64,000 bases of DNA from Lytechinus pictus (taxonomy: Eukaryota), in contig NC_087252.1 of NCBI RefSeq assembly GCF_037042905.1, positions 3,908,001 to 3,972,000 of the forward strand. The letters are read 5' to 3'. Position 1 is the stretch's first letter, and each line of letters begins with the position of its first letter. Positions 33,441-46,861 of this stretch are shown piece after piece. The notes below the pieces were generated by a model. It saw nothing but the letters and a program-made list of their open reading frames with translations, was not told the DNA's origin and did no database searches. The position numbers and the translations under genes are program-made.

Positions 33441-34582
33441 TGGAGGGGGGGGGGTCTGGAGAAAGGGAATGAAAAGTTTGAGAAAGAAACAGTGAAAGAG
33501 ATACGCAGAAATAGCCAACAATTGTATGCCACTGTCCTATTGTTCAGTAAGGTTTCGTTTTCTACTAATTTACAATGATATATCCCAGAGGCTATTCTCA
33601 CCCAGCCTGTCTTGTGTCCATTTCTCATTAAACCCATTCATATCTTTGTACTCCTCAATGAGGGCTAGTGGTGACAACAGACTATTTCAAAACAGCACCT
33701 GCCCAGAACAACATTGAAAAATAAGACGATAGAATCTGATAAATTACGCCTAAAATGAGACAGAGTTGTATTTGTCAACAACATCATCTTCATCATTATT
33801 ATTATCAAGTATCTCCATTTGGAAGGGGTTATGCACCTCCATTAGGCGTATTCACACTTCTTCGAAATTGGTCAGTATTTGGTAATATCTGACTGCACAA
33901 TTTGATCTACATGTACCCCGATCAGATTTTTGCAAATGTGAAAGCAAATTACTCATAATTTAATGATATTCCCGAAAGAAAGTAAAGGTGTTAAAAAGAA
34001 GATACTTTCAGAAATTACATGAACTTTTTGCAGGAATATTTCCAAAAAAGGTGTTGGGATTTTCTTCATCAATTTCAATTCTGTTTCCTCAATTTATGTC
34101 AACAATATAATTCACTACAGTGTCAACTGGGCTGAAATTAAAATGGTGTTAAATTTCGTTGGGAGATGCAGGATGAGCTCCACATCATTGATTTACAAGT
34201 TTTTTTCCTTTGCAATATCTTTCCGGTCCTTCATTTTTGATTACTCATAGTGTTACTCCTACTTTTAGTTCTCACTATTTGCCAAGTTCCTTGTGTGGTT
34301 TATGATTCCCATCTCTTGAAACAAAGATCCTTCAGTCCCATGGCATCATTCAAATGTTTGCTGATAAGTTTAGACATAGCATCCACCAAAGGACCTACAG
34401 TAAAAAGCCCTACTCATTCAGTTTTAAAATAAAAAAGGGGGTATTGGAATCTAGCAAATTGTTGTGATTACTGTTGTATCTGAATAGCAAACTTGCAACT
34501 TTCTTTAATATTTACAATACTATACTAGTACATGTAGTACAGTACTGACAGATAAAGTTGTGCTTCATACATGTACTCTTAA

Positions 34583-35166
34583 AGGAGAATGAAACTCTTG
34601 GAGCAAGTTAGCTTTTGTGAAAGCAGAAAAATCAAAGAATAAGATCAACAAAAGTTTGAGTAAAATAGGACTAGCAATAGGAGAGTTATGAGCATTTGAA
34701 TGTCGAGATCACTAATACTATGGAGATCCTCCCATTGGCAATGCGACCAAGATCTATGATGTCACAGATGAACAACTCTCCCCTTTTGGACACTGAAAAT
34801 ATATCCCAAAACATCTCTTTTTGCTCATTCTAATCATATGACAAACGATTCATCAATGATATAATGTTGTGAAACCACTGTACTTGTCCTCTCATAAAGA
34901 GAACACCTCACCTTGTGATGGACTCTATAAAAGTGAGAATATAAGTGAAATAAGTACTAAAGAAATGAGGGAGTTGTACGTGTGTGACATCACAGATCTT
35001 GGTCGCATTGCCAATTGGAGGATCTACATGGCATTAGTGATCTCTACATTCAAATGCTCATAACTTTCTTATTATTCATTCAATCTTCCTCAAACTTTCA
35101 ACAATATGTTTCTTTGATTTTTCTCTTTGATATGGATTCAGCTGGTTCCAAGGGTTTCATTCTCCT
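34583..35166. mobile_element. 584-bp TTAA-flanked Kolobok-like MITE
   Basis: ttaa|aggagaatgaaac.cttgga ... tccaagggtttcattctcct|ttaa, with long inverted arms. Confidence 0.85.
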
Positions 35167-35574
35167 TTAACCTTTTTTCCATGCAGGTATTTTTATCACT
35201 TTTTGAAAATGTAGAAGTAGATTTGCAATGTGCATGAATAAATATTTTTTCTCATTCCATTCATGAGAAGGTGTTTTATGTATAACAGCAAAATAATATG
35301 CAGATATTTTTATTTTGAACAAATGCCCTATCAAAATTATATTCTGATGTAAAATTTGTAAATTTATCCAATAAAACAGAGTTTTTATCTTTAACACAAC
35401 CATTTTGGGGCACATGTATTATTAATCTTGTACCGTAATGATTAGGAGATTTTAGGAGATTTACCCAAATTTATAAAGATTTTCAGGTTTTGAACACTAT
35501 TATACGATTTGTGTTTTATTTTTTTAATTTCTTTGATCTGCTTTTTGGATTTGCATTTTTTTATGCTTTCTTAA

Positions 35575-36177
35575 AGGCCAAGTCCACCCCAGATAAATGT
35601 TGATTTGAATGAATAGAGAAAAATCAAACTAGCAGAACGCTGAAAATTTCATCAAAATCGAATGTAGAATAAGAAAGTTATAGCATTTTAAAGTTTCCCT
35701 TATTTTTCACAAAACAGTGATATACACAAGTCAGTGACATACAGATGAGTCGGTCGATGATGTCTATCACTCACTATTTCTTTTGTTTTTTATTGTTTGA
35801 ATAATACAATATTTCATTTTTAACAGATTTGAAAATAAGGACCAACTTGACTGAACCATATGATATTAAATAGTGCTAATTCCACATATTCAGGGAGGAA
35901 TTAATTGTTGTTTCATTTGACAATGAGGGGAAAATTCGAATATTTCATATTTCATAGAATAAAATACAAAAGAAATAGTGAGTGGATGACGTCATCAGTC
36001 TCCTCATTTGCATACCGACCAGGATGTGCATATAACTGTTTTGTGAAATTAAGCGAAACTTTAAAATATCATAACTTTCTTATTTTACATCCGATTTTGA
36101 TGAAATTTTCAGTGTTATGCTTGTTTGATATTTCTCTTTTTATTCAAATCAACTTTTTGTTGGGATGGACTTGTCCT
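35575..36177. mobile_element. Family-A TTAA MITE, opposite orientation to 2434-3025
   Basis: ttaa|aggccaagtccacccc ... gggatggacttgtcct|ttaa. Confidence 0.85.
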
Positions 36178-36689
36178 TTAATCAGCAGGCCTAAATCCTT
36201 CTTTATATCATATCATAAAAACTAGGTCATTCCTATCCCATCATGCATTGGACATGATGGAGTTAATTACTTCCTGTAATGTGAGCATTCTTGTTGAAAC
36301 TTGGGTGGGTGGGGGTCAAAGGTCAAGTGCAAGGCGGGGTAGGACTGGTTGTCAAGTTTAAAGTCATCTCTTGTCATGAAGGTCCACACACATGTGCATG
36401 CCACACACATTGATTTCTCGAGACTATGCTATATATTACCCCCTTGATTCGGTTGGTTTTAAAATAAGGCAAAACATGAATTTAGCCATAATTTTCCTTT
36501 TCAATAAACCCACATGCTTAGGAGAGGTTATAGCTGATAGTTCCCTCCAAAGTTCTTGTAGTTGGAAATATGTATTAACATTTTGTGTGTGTGAAAAAAA
36601 GAGTACCTCGGTAATTTGGCATCATCATTATTATGATAATTCTTATTATGATTATGATAATTGTTATGATTATTATTCATTTATTTGTT

Positions 36690-36721
<32 letters not shown>

Positions 36722-38210
36722 GTATATTTTTTTGGGGGAAGGCAATTTTTCAATAGGGTACTTTTCCATATTCCAGCATTAATGGGAAAAATTAAAAAGG
36801 CCAATTAGAGTTCTTGACTATCATGAAATAATGCACAGTTTAAGCTTTTTTTTCTTCACATTTACATATATGTAGGTCCCTGTGCTGAATGTTTTTCCCA
36901 CAAATGTTGAGAAGGCTCCACCCCTCCAAAAAAAAAATGCTATAATTGTACTTTATATAGCATTGTAGTATGAAAAAAAGTGAATGAATTTTCACCTCTG
37001 AATAAATATCATTCAGCTAGCCAACAATATTGATGTTTTGTACTTGGTTGCTTTATGAAGAGATAGGGACCATGAGTTACCCACTAGTCTTTGAGAAAAT
37101 TAAAGGGCAACCTTGCCCTTACAACAATTTGACTAGGCTGTGAAACAAAAGCTATGAATCCAGTGATCGTGTAATTGTAATTGTGAATTAGAAATTGTGA
37201 AGCAGTTTTAGACTGGAATCGCACTATATAAAAGCCATTCATTATTATTTGATTAACTTTTACATAAATAGCTGAAATATTCTGTACTTGCCTTTATTAC
37301 CAATACCTCCTCGGTATAACAGGGGATTAACTTTATTTGCTCCACATGTTTTAATAACTGCTACACGTATGTAACATTTCTTTAGTTCAACAATTTTTTT
37401 ACATATACATGTAGGACTGCAGTTGAAAACATTTCTTGATTGCTATCAAATTTGAGAAGTAAAATTATTCCCTCGATGAGTTTAACTGATATTTGAAATC
37501 CCAAAACTAAGTATTATTTATATCATATTTTTAATTTGGGTGTTAAATTGAATTGGACATAAAAAGAAACCCATGCAGTAGTAGTGTATTGCAAGGAAGT
37601 GTACAATTGCCTGCTGTCAAGCCTAAATCGGCCTGTAAACTTGAATAGATTCCCCATTGATGCCCCATCAATGCCATTGTCATCGCCTAATGTGTAAGGT
37701 TGCATGTGACCGAATAATCGACTACAATGACTTCAATAGCCTGTGTTATGATTCCATCACTCATTTTGACAAATTGGAGCAGAGTGGCGGTATAAAAGGA
37801 GCGCGGGGCGTTTAATCTCGGTTGTGAAAAGACAGAGTTTTTGTGGTTCGATTGTGACCGGCCTGCCACTCATAGGCGCCGAATAATGGCCCAAGACTTA
37901 GACAAGCAAGTATGAGAACTAATGAGCAGTGAGGTTGACATTGAATATGATTGCACATGGGTTTTATTTTGAGTTCTTGCAACCTTTTCTCCGATATGAT
38001 TCAGGGAAATTGCGTGAACCGACCATGTTAAGACTGCAAGACAAGCAATTGCCAAGAAACCTTGAGTTTTGTATTATTAGGAATTCAAGTTGTGGAAAAC
38101 CAGGAAATTATTGCTGAAAACCAGAATGTCACAATTATTGTATGTAAAGGGTCCCTGCAACCCAAACATCGGCTTTGAAACATCAAAATGCCTCACATTA
38201 TGAATATAAT

Positions 38211-38553
38211 TTCAGCCACAAATTTTTCAGGTATTCTCTAAATTGAGCAAAAACTGGAAAAATAACATTTTTTTTGGTCTCTCGCTCGCTGGGCTCCATC
38301 CCTAAAAAAAATTGCACATGACTTTAATAATGACGTATCTGTCAGCAGACTATCTTTTTTTTTTAGATAGTACAACAGGAAAAATCATTCCAGCCACAAA
38401 ATTTTCAGGTATTCTATAACTTGAGCAAAAACTTGAAAAATAACAATTTTTTGTTCTCTCGCTCGCTGAGCTCAGCCCCTCGAAAAATTGCACATGACTT
38501 AATGACGTAACTGTCAGCAGACTATTTTTTTTTAGTACAACAGGAAAAATCAT
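38211..38553. repeat. Tandem duplication of an approximately 170-178-bp unit, probably within a DNA-transposon fragment
   Basis: cagccacaaa.ttttcaggtattct..ttgagcaaaaact..ctctcgctcgctg..taatgacgta.ctgtcagcagactat..tagtacaacaggaaaaatcat occurs twice. Confidence 0.8.
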
Positions 38554-39067
38554 CTGCTCCCAGTTTTAACCAATAAATAAATGAATGAATAAACAAATAG
38601 ATAGATAGATGAATGGAATGAAATGAAATAAATGAATGAATGAATAAATAAGGAACCAAAGTAAGTGATATTATAGCCTATAGGAATTGAATTGTGATTA
38701 ATTTCGAGAAGTTCTAAAATGTATCTTTAGTTTAATAGGCCAGCTTCAATGTCAGCCAGGGCCCAAGGAATGATTTTTGTAAGAGAGGATGCTGGTTTTG
38801 AAAAAAAAAAATGGCAAGCAAGAAAAAAGAGAGAGAAAGTGTTTTACTCCAAAATGACGGTTATGTGGGTTACATTTCTACTTTTTCTTCAACATAACAA
38901 CCTGATTTCCAGGGGTGGCTGCCTTTTCTGTATAACATACGCAGCTCCCCCAGACAAATCTTGGGGTTGATTCAGTATGGTTTGATACTGGGGCAAGCTT
39001 GTTATTTTCCTGGATAATGTACAGTCATGTACACCTTTAAAATTTACATTGTCATGTACATGTACAG

Positions 39068-39469
39068 TACGTTTCTTAGGTTTCTTTTCAATTGGTCTAA
39101 TGCCAATTCATTTAATCACCAACTCGTCTACCATCATTTTGTCTACCATCAGTTCGTCCAATATCCACAGGGTCCAATTTTCATTTCGTCCACTCACCAT
39201 TTCGTCTAATAACCAGTTGGTCCAATAGCCATTTAGTCCATACAGTACCATTTGGTCTAATTGTATTAAGAGTCGATTGGGCAAAATGAATGAAAAGAAA
39301 ATGGTTATTAGACCTACTAGTTATGAGACAAAATGGTCATAGACGAACTGGGGATTAGACAAAGTGAGTATTGGACCAAATGGTGGTTAGACGAAATGTT
39401 GATGGACAGACTGGCATTAGAGTAAATGAAGGTAGACCATGTGAAGAGTGGATGAGTTGGCAATTTACG
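39068..39469. mobile_element. MITE-like element built of short cgtcta/gtcca versus tagac/tggac sub-repeats
   Basis: The left half is rich in cgtctac/gtcca and the right half in the complementary tagac/tggac. Ends are approximate. Confidence 0.55.
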
Positions 39470-41351
39470 GTTCCAACATGTAGTAGGCCTACATGTATAT
39501 GCACAGCCTACCTGTAGTACTAGACCTACATGTACAGTATGTGTTTAAAGATACAATCATACATGTATGTAGATTGTTCCTTATATTTGTCAGAAATTCA
39601 GTAAGCAGTATAATAATCAATGTGATATATTGTTTATTCCCCAGAGTAGGAATGCTAAATACATGTACATGTACATGTTATACCATTCCTGTTTTACTAA
39701 TAGTACTACAGTTGTACACTGATGTGAAAAGAAAAAGAGTTGAAAGATATTTGATTTGAAGAAGCGAGGGATTTTCCAGACACAATGGCACATTCCAACG
39801 CAGCACATAAATTTACCGAGCCTCCATATTTTTTTATTATTTATGATCACGTTATTAAAGCCGTCATCACGCATGTGACGTGATGAGCGTGAACATTGCT
39901 TATTTATAAACAACCTCTAATATGGCTTGCCCTCCCTACTCTAATAATAGTCTCATCTCAACCTTGGCTTTCCCTGCGGGTCAAATCCTGGTGAACTTTG
40001 ACCTCTCTGCCACCCAAGGCTTAGGCCTACCTCTGCTTGCCAAATCCATAAGACTTTCTTTCTCCAGGGATGGAGATTTGAAATGTGGAACTGTAAGGCA
40101 GATCAGGGGATTGGGAGTAGTTCCCTGGGTAGATATTGCAATAGATCTATGCATATTGGACACTAGATTTCTCTTCCAAATACATGTAACGGTCTAATTT
40201 TACATTAATATTTCATCATCAGATGGTTCTGGGATGAAATGTTATATCGTGGTATTCGTAGATTAATAGAGTTATCTAATATTAAAAAGCCTACTCGTTT
40301 ACATTAATCTGTATTGCTTTGGAACATTTTTTTACACACTACAGGCCCTATTATGCCCTGTTGCAAGTAGGCCTACAGCATTATCAGTGAAAGTGAATGA
40401 TAAAAGCAACTAAGTAAAACTAAATGTAAAGTTGTCAATTTGTATTTTCTACCATTGATTTTGTTATTTTCATTGCATTGCCAAAGAGTGTCTAATAATT
40501 AGCTTTAAAGGGATGTTAGTAATTAAATAATCATCAGTGTCGTGTTTTGATACTGTGCACTTGCAGCAACTTTATGACAGTATTAGCCAGATTGTTCAGT
40601 GTGGATTTTGCATCTCAAATCTGATATGCTTATTCTTTCTTTATTAATATTTAATGGTTGATAACTGCTGGAAGTAGGTCTACATGTACATTCCATGCAT
40701 AAAAAAGATAGCCTTACATGTTGTATGTGTGAAATTGTCTGCCATTCCTTCCTTATTAAAGTTCTTCTGTCTGAGAGGACTCGGGAAAGCAATATAAAAA
40801 TCTTTTTTAAATTTCTTCTCATGCATGTACATACTGTATGGGACCTTCATCTCTGCAATGTTCATCTGTACATGCACGACAAGGCTCGCATTAAAATTTT
40901 AACGAGAATAAAATTCCAATATTCTTCGACTTGAGTTTCCCTTTCAGCCTTTTCATCTCTCCTCTGACGGCTCCTCTTCCTCCTCCTTTAATATATTTCT
41001 TCTCCTTCTCAACCTTTGTCTCCCTCCTCTCCATCATAATGTCATAATCTTAAGGGTCATGTCTATGGGTCGTTGCCATGGCGACCATGCCTGCTGTCAA
41101 CAGATACTGTAACAATTTTTCATTAACCCCTGCCAGGTTGTTGGCCTCTCTTGGGAGAATGTTTCGGCTCAGGTTTTTGTCCTCATTTTTTAAAGATAAA
41201 TCCACCCATGTAAGGTTACGAGCGTAGGATTTGGGATTCCCGTTTGAATTTGTGTATAAATGTCTATGTCTGTATGAGATTCTTGTATTCATAATCATAA
41301 TTCATCTAGGCTTATACGAGATCTTCTATTGTATTTTCATAATTATGATAA

Positions 41352-41717
<366 letters not shown>

Positions 41718-42377
41718 ACAACAATCTTAATGAATAAAGAAATGATAATGATAGTATCATATGCAATAAGCCTTGATACACAATAAAAGCCAGGATATGA
41801 ATAATAAAAAACGGAGCATTCTTTCTGTAGATGTAATAGTACGTGGAGGCCTACTGTACACCGAACCCTATTTTTACATTCAAATCAAATCTGTTACAGT
41901 GAATAATTTCCATCACTTGAAGTCAAGCTGAGCTGGCTTGCACATTACCGGTTGTATCGGCTATCGGGTCAGCCGCCACAAAACCCCCTTTGGAGAGCAT
42001 TTCAAGCAGAGAATCGCTACGATTCGTGACATTCCAAGCTTCAAACGGTAGGGGATGCCCAGCATGGTTCCTCATTTTTCTAGAGAGATTCTGTTTTCAG
42101 ATATCAAACCATGTTGTGGTTGGCTGTGTCTGTTACCTCCCTCAATGATTTTGAAACTGTAAAGGTAGAATCATAGACCTAGTAGATCCATTGTGGAATG
42201 GAGATATTTTAGGCCTACAGTGTATTTGAATAGTACAATAGTCAGAGGCTTCAGGTGGTCTATCCATTAGTATTTATGGTAGTATAATGTGTAGTATTCT
42301 TCTACAGTCCAGGTAGACTTTAATACCCCCTCCATACAAAAAAAAAAGAAAAGAAAAACAATTAAATAATCTTCATT

Positions 42378-42745
42378 GACATTATCATCATCATCTTGGT
42401 TAAGTGACCATCGATCACCATTGGCATTGTTATCATCAACTGTGCATCGCAATCAGCAGCATAATCATCATCATCGTCGTCATCATCCTCGTCATCATCA
42501 TTGTCATCATCATCATCATCATCATCATCATCAACATCATCAATCATCGTCATCACCATCATCATCATCATCATCATCATCAACATCATCATCGTCGTCG
42601 TCGTCGTCATCATCACCATCGTCGTCATTATCCTCGTCATCATCATTGTCATCATCATCATCATCATCATCAACATCATCAATCATCGTCATCATCATTG
42701 TCATCATCACCATCATCATCATCATCATCATCGTCGTCGTCATAA
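42378..42745. repeat. (CAT/CGT)n microsatellite with higher-order duplication
   Basis: Read directly. The block tcctcgtcatcatcattgtcat..caacatcatcaatcatcgtcatca is repeated. Confidence 0.9.
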
Positions 42746-42854
42746 TTATTGGTGTGTTTCCAATGGATATATTGATTGAATTTATTTTCTTAGCTCTGAG
42801 CCTATGCGCCATTACATGTAGGTACTCAGTGCCTTTTGCATTGCAACAAATTAA

Positions 42855-43370
42855 AGGGATACTCCAGACTGAAAATATAGATATCTAATTTTATGTAGTG
42901 TAAAATTCACAGAGAAAAATGCTGAAAATTTAATTGAAATCTGATAATGAATAACAATGTTATTGAATGTTAAAGTTTAGCAATATCTTGTGAAAACAGA
43001 TATAGGCCTATAATATGCACGTTGTCATGAATATTCATTAGGTGGGCTGATGATGTCACCACAATGAATATCTAATGCATTAAATCAGTTGTTCCATTTT
43101 TTTTTTAGTTCTTGGAGAAGTTGGAGGAAAAAATTTGAATAAACTTGATTTCATATAAAACCGGTTATAGAATACAAAAGAACAAGAGGGGATATGACAT
43201 CAATTTGCTCATTGAATATTCATGAAGACATGCCTAGAACTGTTTCACCAGATAATGCAAATCTTAAAAATGCCATAACTTTGTTATTCCTTATCCGATT
43301 TTGATCAAATTTTCTGTGTTTTGTTTGTCTGATTTTTTTAATCATATTATTTTCAGCCTGAATTACTCCA
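42855..43370. mobile_element. Family-B TTAA MITE
   Basis: ttaa|agggatactccagactgaaaat ... attttcagcctg.attactcca|ttaa, homologous to 51441-52054. Confidence 0.8.
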
Positions 43371-43703
43371 TTAATATTATCTTCTTATTCAAAATAGAAC
43401 AATTGCATTGCAAATAAATAACAAAAAAACCATGGATCCTATTGGATCTATGATAAAATGATAATTTTTTTTATATTTTCACGTTTGTGCGTGTTTGTGG
43501 ATGAGTTGGTGAGAGATATTTGGATTCAGACTCACTTGCTCTTGGGACAGTCAACTATGTGACTGATAGACTTCTGTCACCAGGCTCTCCAACTTGTATT
43601 TAAAGAAATATAGTGTATATCAGGCCTGTGTTCTCAATTGGTTTTCTTGAAGCAGGAACCTCCTACTTCCCTGCTTGAAGTGTCAAACTTGGTATTATAA
43701 TGA

Positions 43704-43974
43704 TATGGATTTATAAAGTGCTTTTTGTCTGAAGATAGTGCTGCTATTGTTACCCCGGCTTTAGCTGCGCTGTCCATGATATGCTCAAGCAATGCTCATA
43801 AAAACATTTCCTACCGGGTACCCATTAACCTCACATGAGTCCTGGGTTGAGTGCAGCACAATGCAGGTAAATTTCTTGCTGAAGGAAAACACTCCATGGC
43901 TGGGAACCATACCCATGTCCCTCAGATTGAAAGACGAGGGTCATAATAATTACAATGTAGACCACGACGCCCCC
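43704..43974 (-). mobile_element. tRNA-derived SINE (decayed)
   Basis: Minus strand reads ggggcgtcgtggtcta (A-box-like), a degenerate B box, ccttcagcaagaaatttacc..gcactcaacccagg..aatgggtacc core, and a LINE-like tail aagcactttataaat. Confidence 0.7.
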
Positions 43975-44908
43975 ACAAATTGGAAATCTGTACTGTGCCA
44001 CTGTCCATCAAGTCTAGTGAGGAAAGCGTCACATCGTAGGATTTGGGGCCGCCTGCAAAAGGGCCCCTGAAGTTTTATAATAAGTATGTCTTACATGTAT
44101 GTGGTCTTTTAATTAGCCCTGATATAATTTTATTAATGTACACATTAATTAATAGCCTACAGATTCAACACAAGTAATGGGAAATAATAATAATTTACTC
44201 TTTTCCATAGGGACATGCAAGCACCAATTCACAAAGCCTGATCAACTAATATTTTTGATTGGCAAATCTTATAGATATGGTGAATTAATTTCAGAAAGTT
44301 CTCTGTCTGTCCGTCCCTACCTCTCTGAAATTTTGGATCAAGGCCTACATATAATGTAATATAGTTGAAATGCGATAATAGATTACAGTAATTTACCAAC
44401 CAAACTCCTGTCCGAGAAGTCTATTTGACCTTTGGAGGTCGGGAGAAGGCCAATGGCCTCTACCTCAGCTGTAAGTCAGAAACAGATGAAACCCAGCTTG
44501 GCTTTCTGGGCTAATCTCCACTCTTGTTCTGCATACAGATCTTAGATTATTGAATGCTTGTAGCCGATTTAAGAGGACAAGGTTACAAAGAAATTGAGAC
44601 ATTCTTTTTTGATGATTTCTTTTTGGTGAGGGGGGGGGGGGGCTGTCAAGTTCATGTCAGAAGTATGTAGGCCCTAATCTTTGTGTTTGTGGGCTCTTTC
44701 TTTGGTACATTTTGACATAGAGAGAAAGCGAAAACTTTTGACCAAAAAAAAAAAGGGAAATAGCGCTGTTCTTTTTTAATGTATTACCAGTTGTCAGTGA
44801 ATTGATTCAAATGATACAAATGGGCCAATAATTTAAGAAATGGATAGATCAATAGCGTTGGATGATAAAAATACACATTCACAAAGTGGTTGTGAATTAG
44901 AATCATTA

Positions 44909-45170
44909 GGTGGTTTCAGACCGTCTCAAAGTTCATCAGTTCCAGGTATTTTCTGATCGAGAAATTAACCCCAAGCAGAAAATACCAGGTAATCTTGGCA
45001 ATGTGAAAGCAAATTATGCTTAATAATCTTCCCCCAAAAAATACCCGCCAAATAGTAGGTACTTGTCTAGTTGGGCACGGGTGCCATGGGTGGCTGCTGA
45101 GCTAGTGATTTTGAAACAGTTATCGTAATTGAACAGGGATTCTTGTGATCGAGGCGGTTTTTAAACCACC
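44909..45170. mobile_element. Internally deleted Harbinger-like MITE
   Basis: ggtggtttcagaccg ... gcggtttttaaaccacc, homologous to 45231-45680. Confidence 0.75.
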
Positions 45171-45230
45171 TACATGTATTAGGCGTAGTGTATAAGACTT
45201 TTAAAACCTTTTTTTTAGGGCCTTGACTCA

Positions 45231-45680
45231 GGTGGTTTAAGACTGCCTCGAAGTTCGTCAGTTCCAGGTATTTTCTGATCGGGAAATTTACCCCCATCAG
45301 AAAATACCAGGTAATTTGGGCAGTCTGAAAGCAAATTACGCATAATCTCCCCGAAAGAAAATACCCGCTAAATAGTAGGTACTTGTAAAAATTACGAGAA
45401 CATTCGCGGGGATTTTCCAACGTCGCAGGTATTTTGGCAGTGCGAAAGCAAATTACGGGAACTTACAGCCCATCGGTGGGTGGCTCAATGCTGAGCTAGC
45501 AATTTTGAATCTTGCGCCTTGCTTGCTAGTCGGACCACACTGCGCATGCCCACAACTTCAGGAACTTCTTCCGAAGGGTATGATTCGGGCAGTGTGAAAG
45601 TGGGAATGGGTAGTTTTTAGCCTGAAAAAGTTCTCGTAATTTAACGGGGATTTTTGTGATTGAATCGATTTGAAACCACC
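45231..45680. mobile_element. Harbinger-like MITE with TCA TSD
   Basis: tca|ggtggttt ... aaaccacc|tca. Decayed relatives at about 33845-34070 and 61105-61370. Confidence 0.8.
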
Positions 45681-45829
45681 TCAACATCTCAATTTCAGTA
45701 TTGGGCTATCACATGTACGATGTAGTGTGCATGCACACTCTCATCTTTCACAAAACATTCTTGCTCTTTATTTATAAACAAAGTGGATAGGATGTCAAAG
45801 CTGTAAAGAAAATGATATTGTAACTATAG

Positions 45830-46716
45830 GGCCGTCTGCACCATCCCGAAGTTTCAAATTAGCGCGCTATTTCTGATCCGGCAAACTAACCCGATCTGAA
45901 AAATCTCGAGATAGTTGGCGGTGCAGACGCTATTATCGCGCTAGTTCGTAGGATTAATCTCGAGATTGCAATCCCAAGTCAACTCGGGTTTATTTGCAAA
46001 ATAGCGCGCTATTTTGCGAATTATCCCGCTAATTCGTCGGTGCAGACACACTCGAGATTGGACTCGGGGTAATTTATTCATGACGTCAGTCCATAATGCA
46101 ATTCGCGTTCCACTTCCGCCTTGGTCAAAACAAACACGTGCGTAAGTCAACTTTATACATGCGAATAGCGTTCATAAGCAACGATGGTGTCCCCACCAGT
46201 GAATGGATTTTGGGAGAGACCCCGGGAGAGACCAGACCGAAGGGGGAGCTGGAGGCGCTCATCGCATCTACGATGGTCATATTCAATAACAACACTGACA
46301 GCAGTGTTGTCTTATTCCTTCGCAAAATGTGAGCAAATAGCATTTCTTTCCTCCTTCTCCCTCTCTCTCTCTCTCTCTGTCGTTGCCTCCTACTCCGCCA
46401 TCATATTTCACGAAGAATACAACACTTCTTCACTCGCTGAGCTGAAAGGATTGTTGCATAACACCGGTTGAATTCGGCGAAAGTACTAGTGAAAGGAGTT
46501 CATCGCTTGCATATCGCGGGAAGTTATTCAAAAGCGCGGGCCGTTGAAACTCGAAGATCCGATAGTGCGCATGCCCGGAAATAGCGGGTTTGTTGCCGGA
46601 ATCGCTCTCGTTGGATGGTGCAGACGGGGTTTCGCCAATCTCGAGATTAATCGCGAAGAGGGCTGATCGGGCTAAAATCTCGAGATTGAGCAAACTCGGG
46701 ATGGTGCAGCACCGCC
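45830..46716. mobile_element. CpG-rich non-autonomous DNA element (Harbinger-like)
   Basis: ggccgtctgcaccatcccga.gttt ... aaactcgggatggtgcagcaccgcc TIRs, with repeated ggtgcagac and ctcgagat subterminal motifs. Confidence 0.75.
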
Positions 46717-46861
46717 TTATATGCCTTGGCCTACTTGGTTGATGGTGATTTTTTACGTTGATTGCTATGAAAGCATGAATGCAGAGGACTGATGGCTTTA
46801 TGTCCTCTTCTAGGGATGTAGTAATGAGGTTACCAGAGGGCACGAGTGGTCTTGTGGTTAA

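Noticed and set aside
43704..43974. tRNA gene
   Set aside because: Decayed boxes followed by a SINE core and tail, and no complete cloverleaf.
44211..44279. Possible 69-bp coding exon (GTCKHQFTKPDQLIF...)
   Set aside because: Plausible acceptor but no recognisable protein similarity or partner exons.
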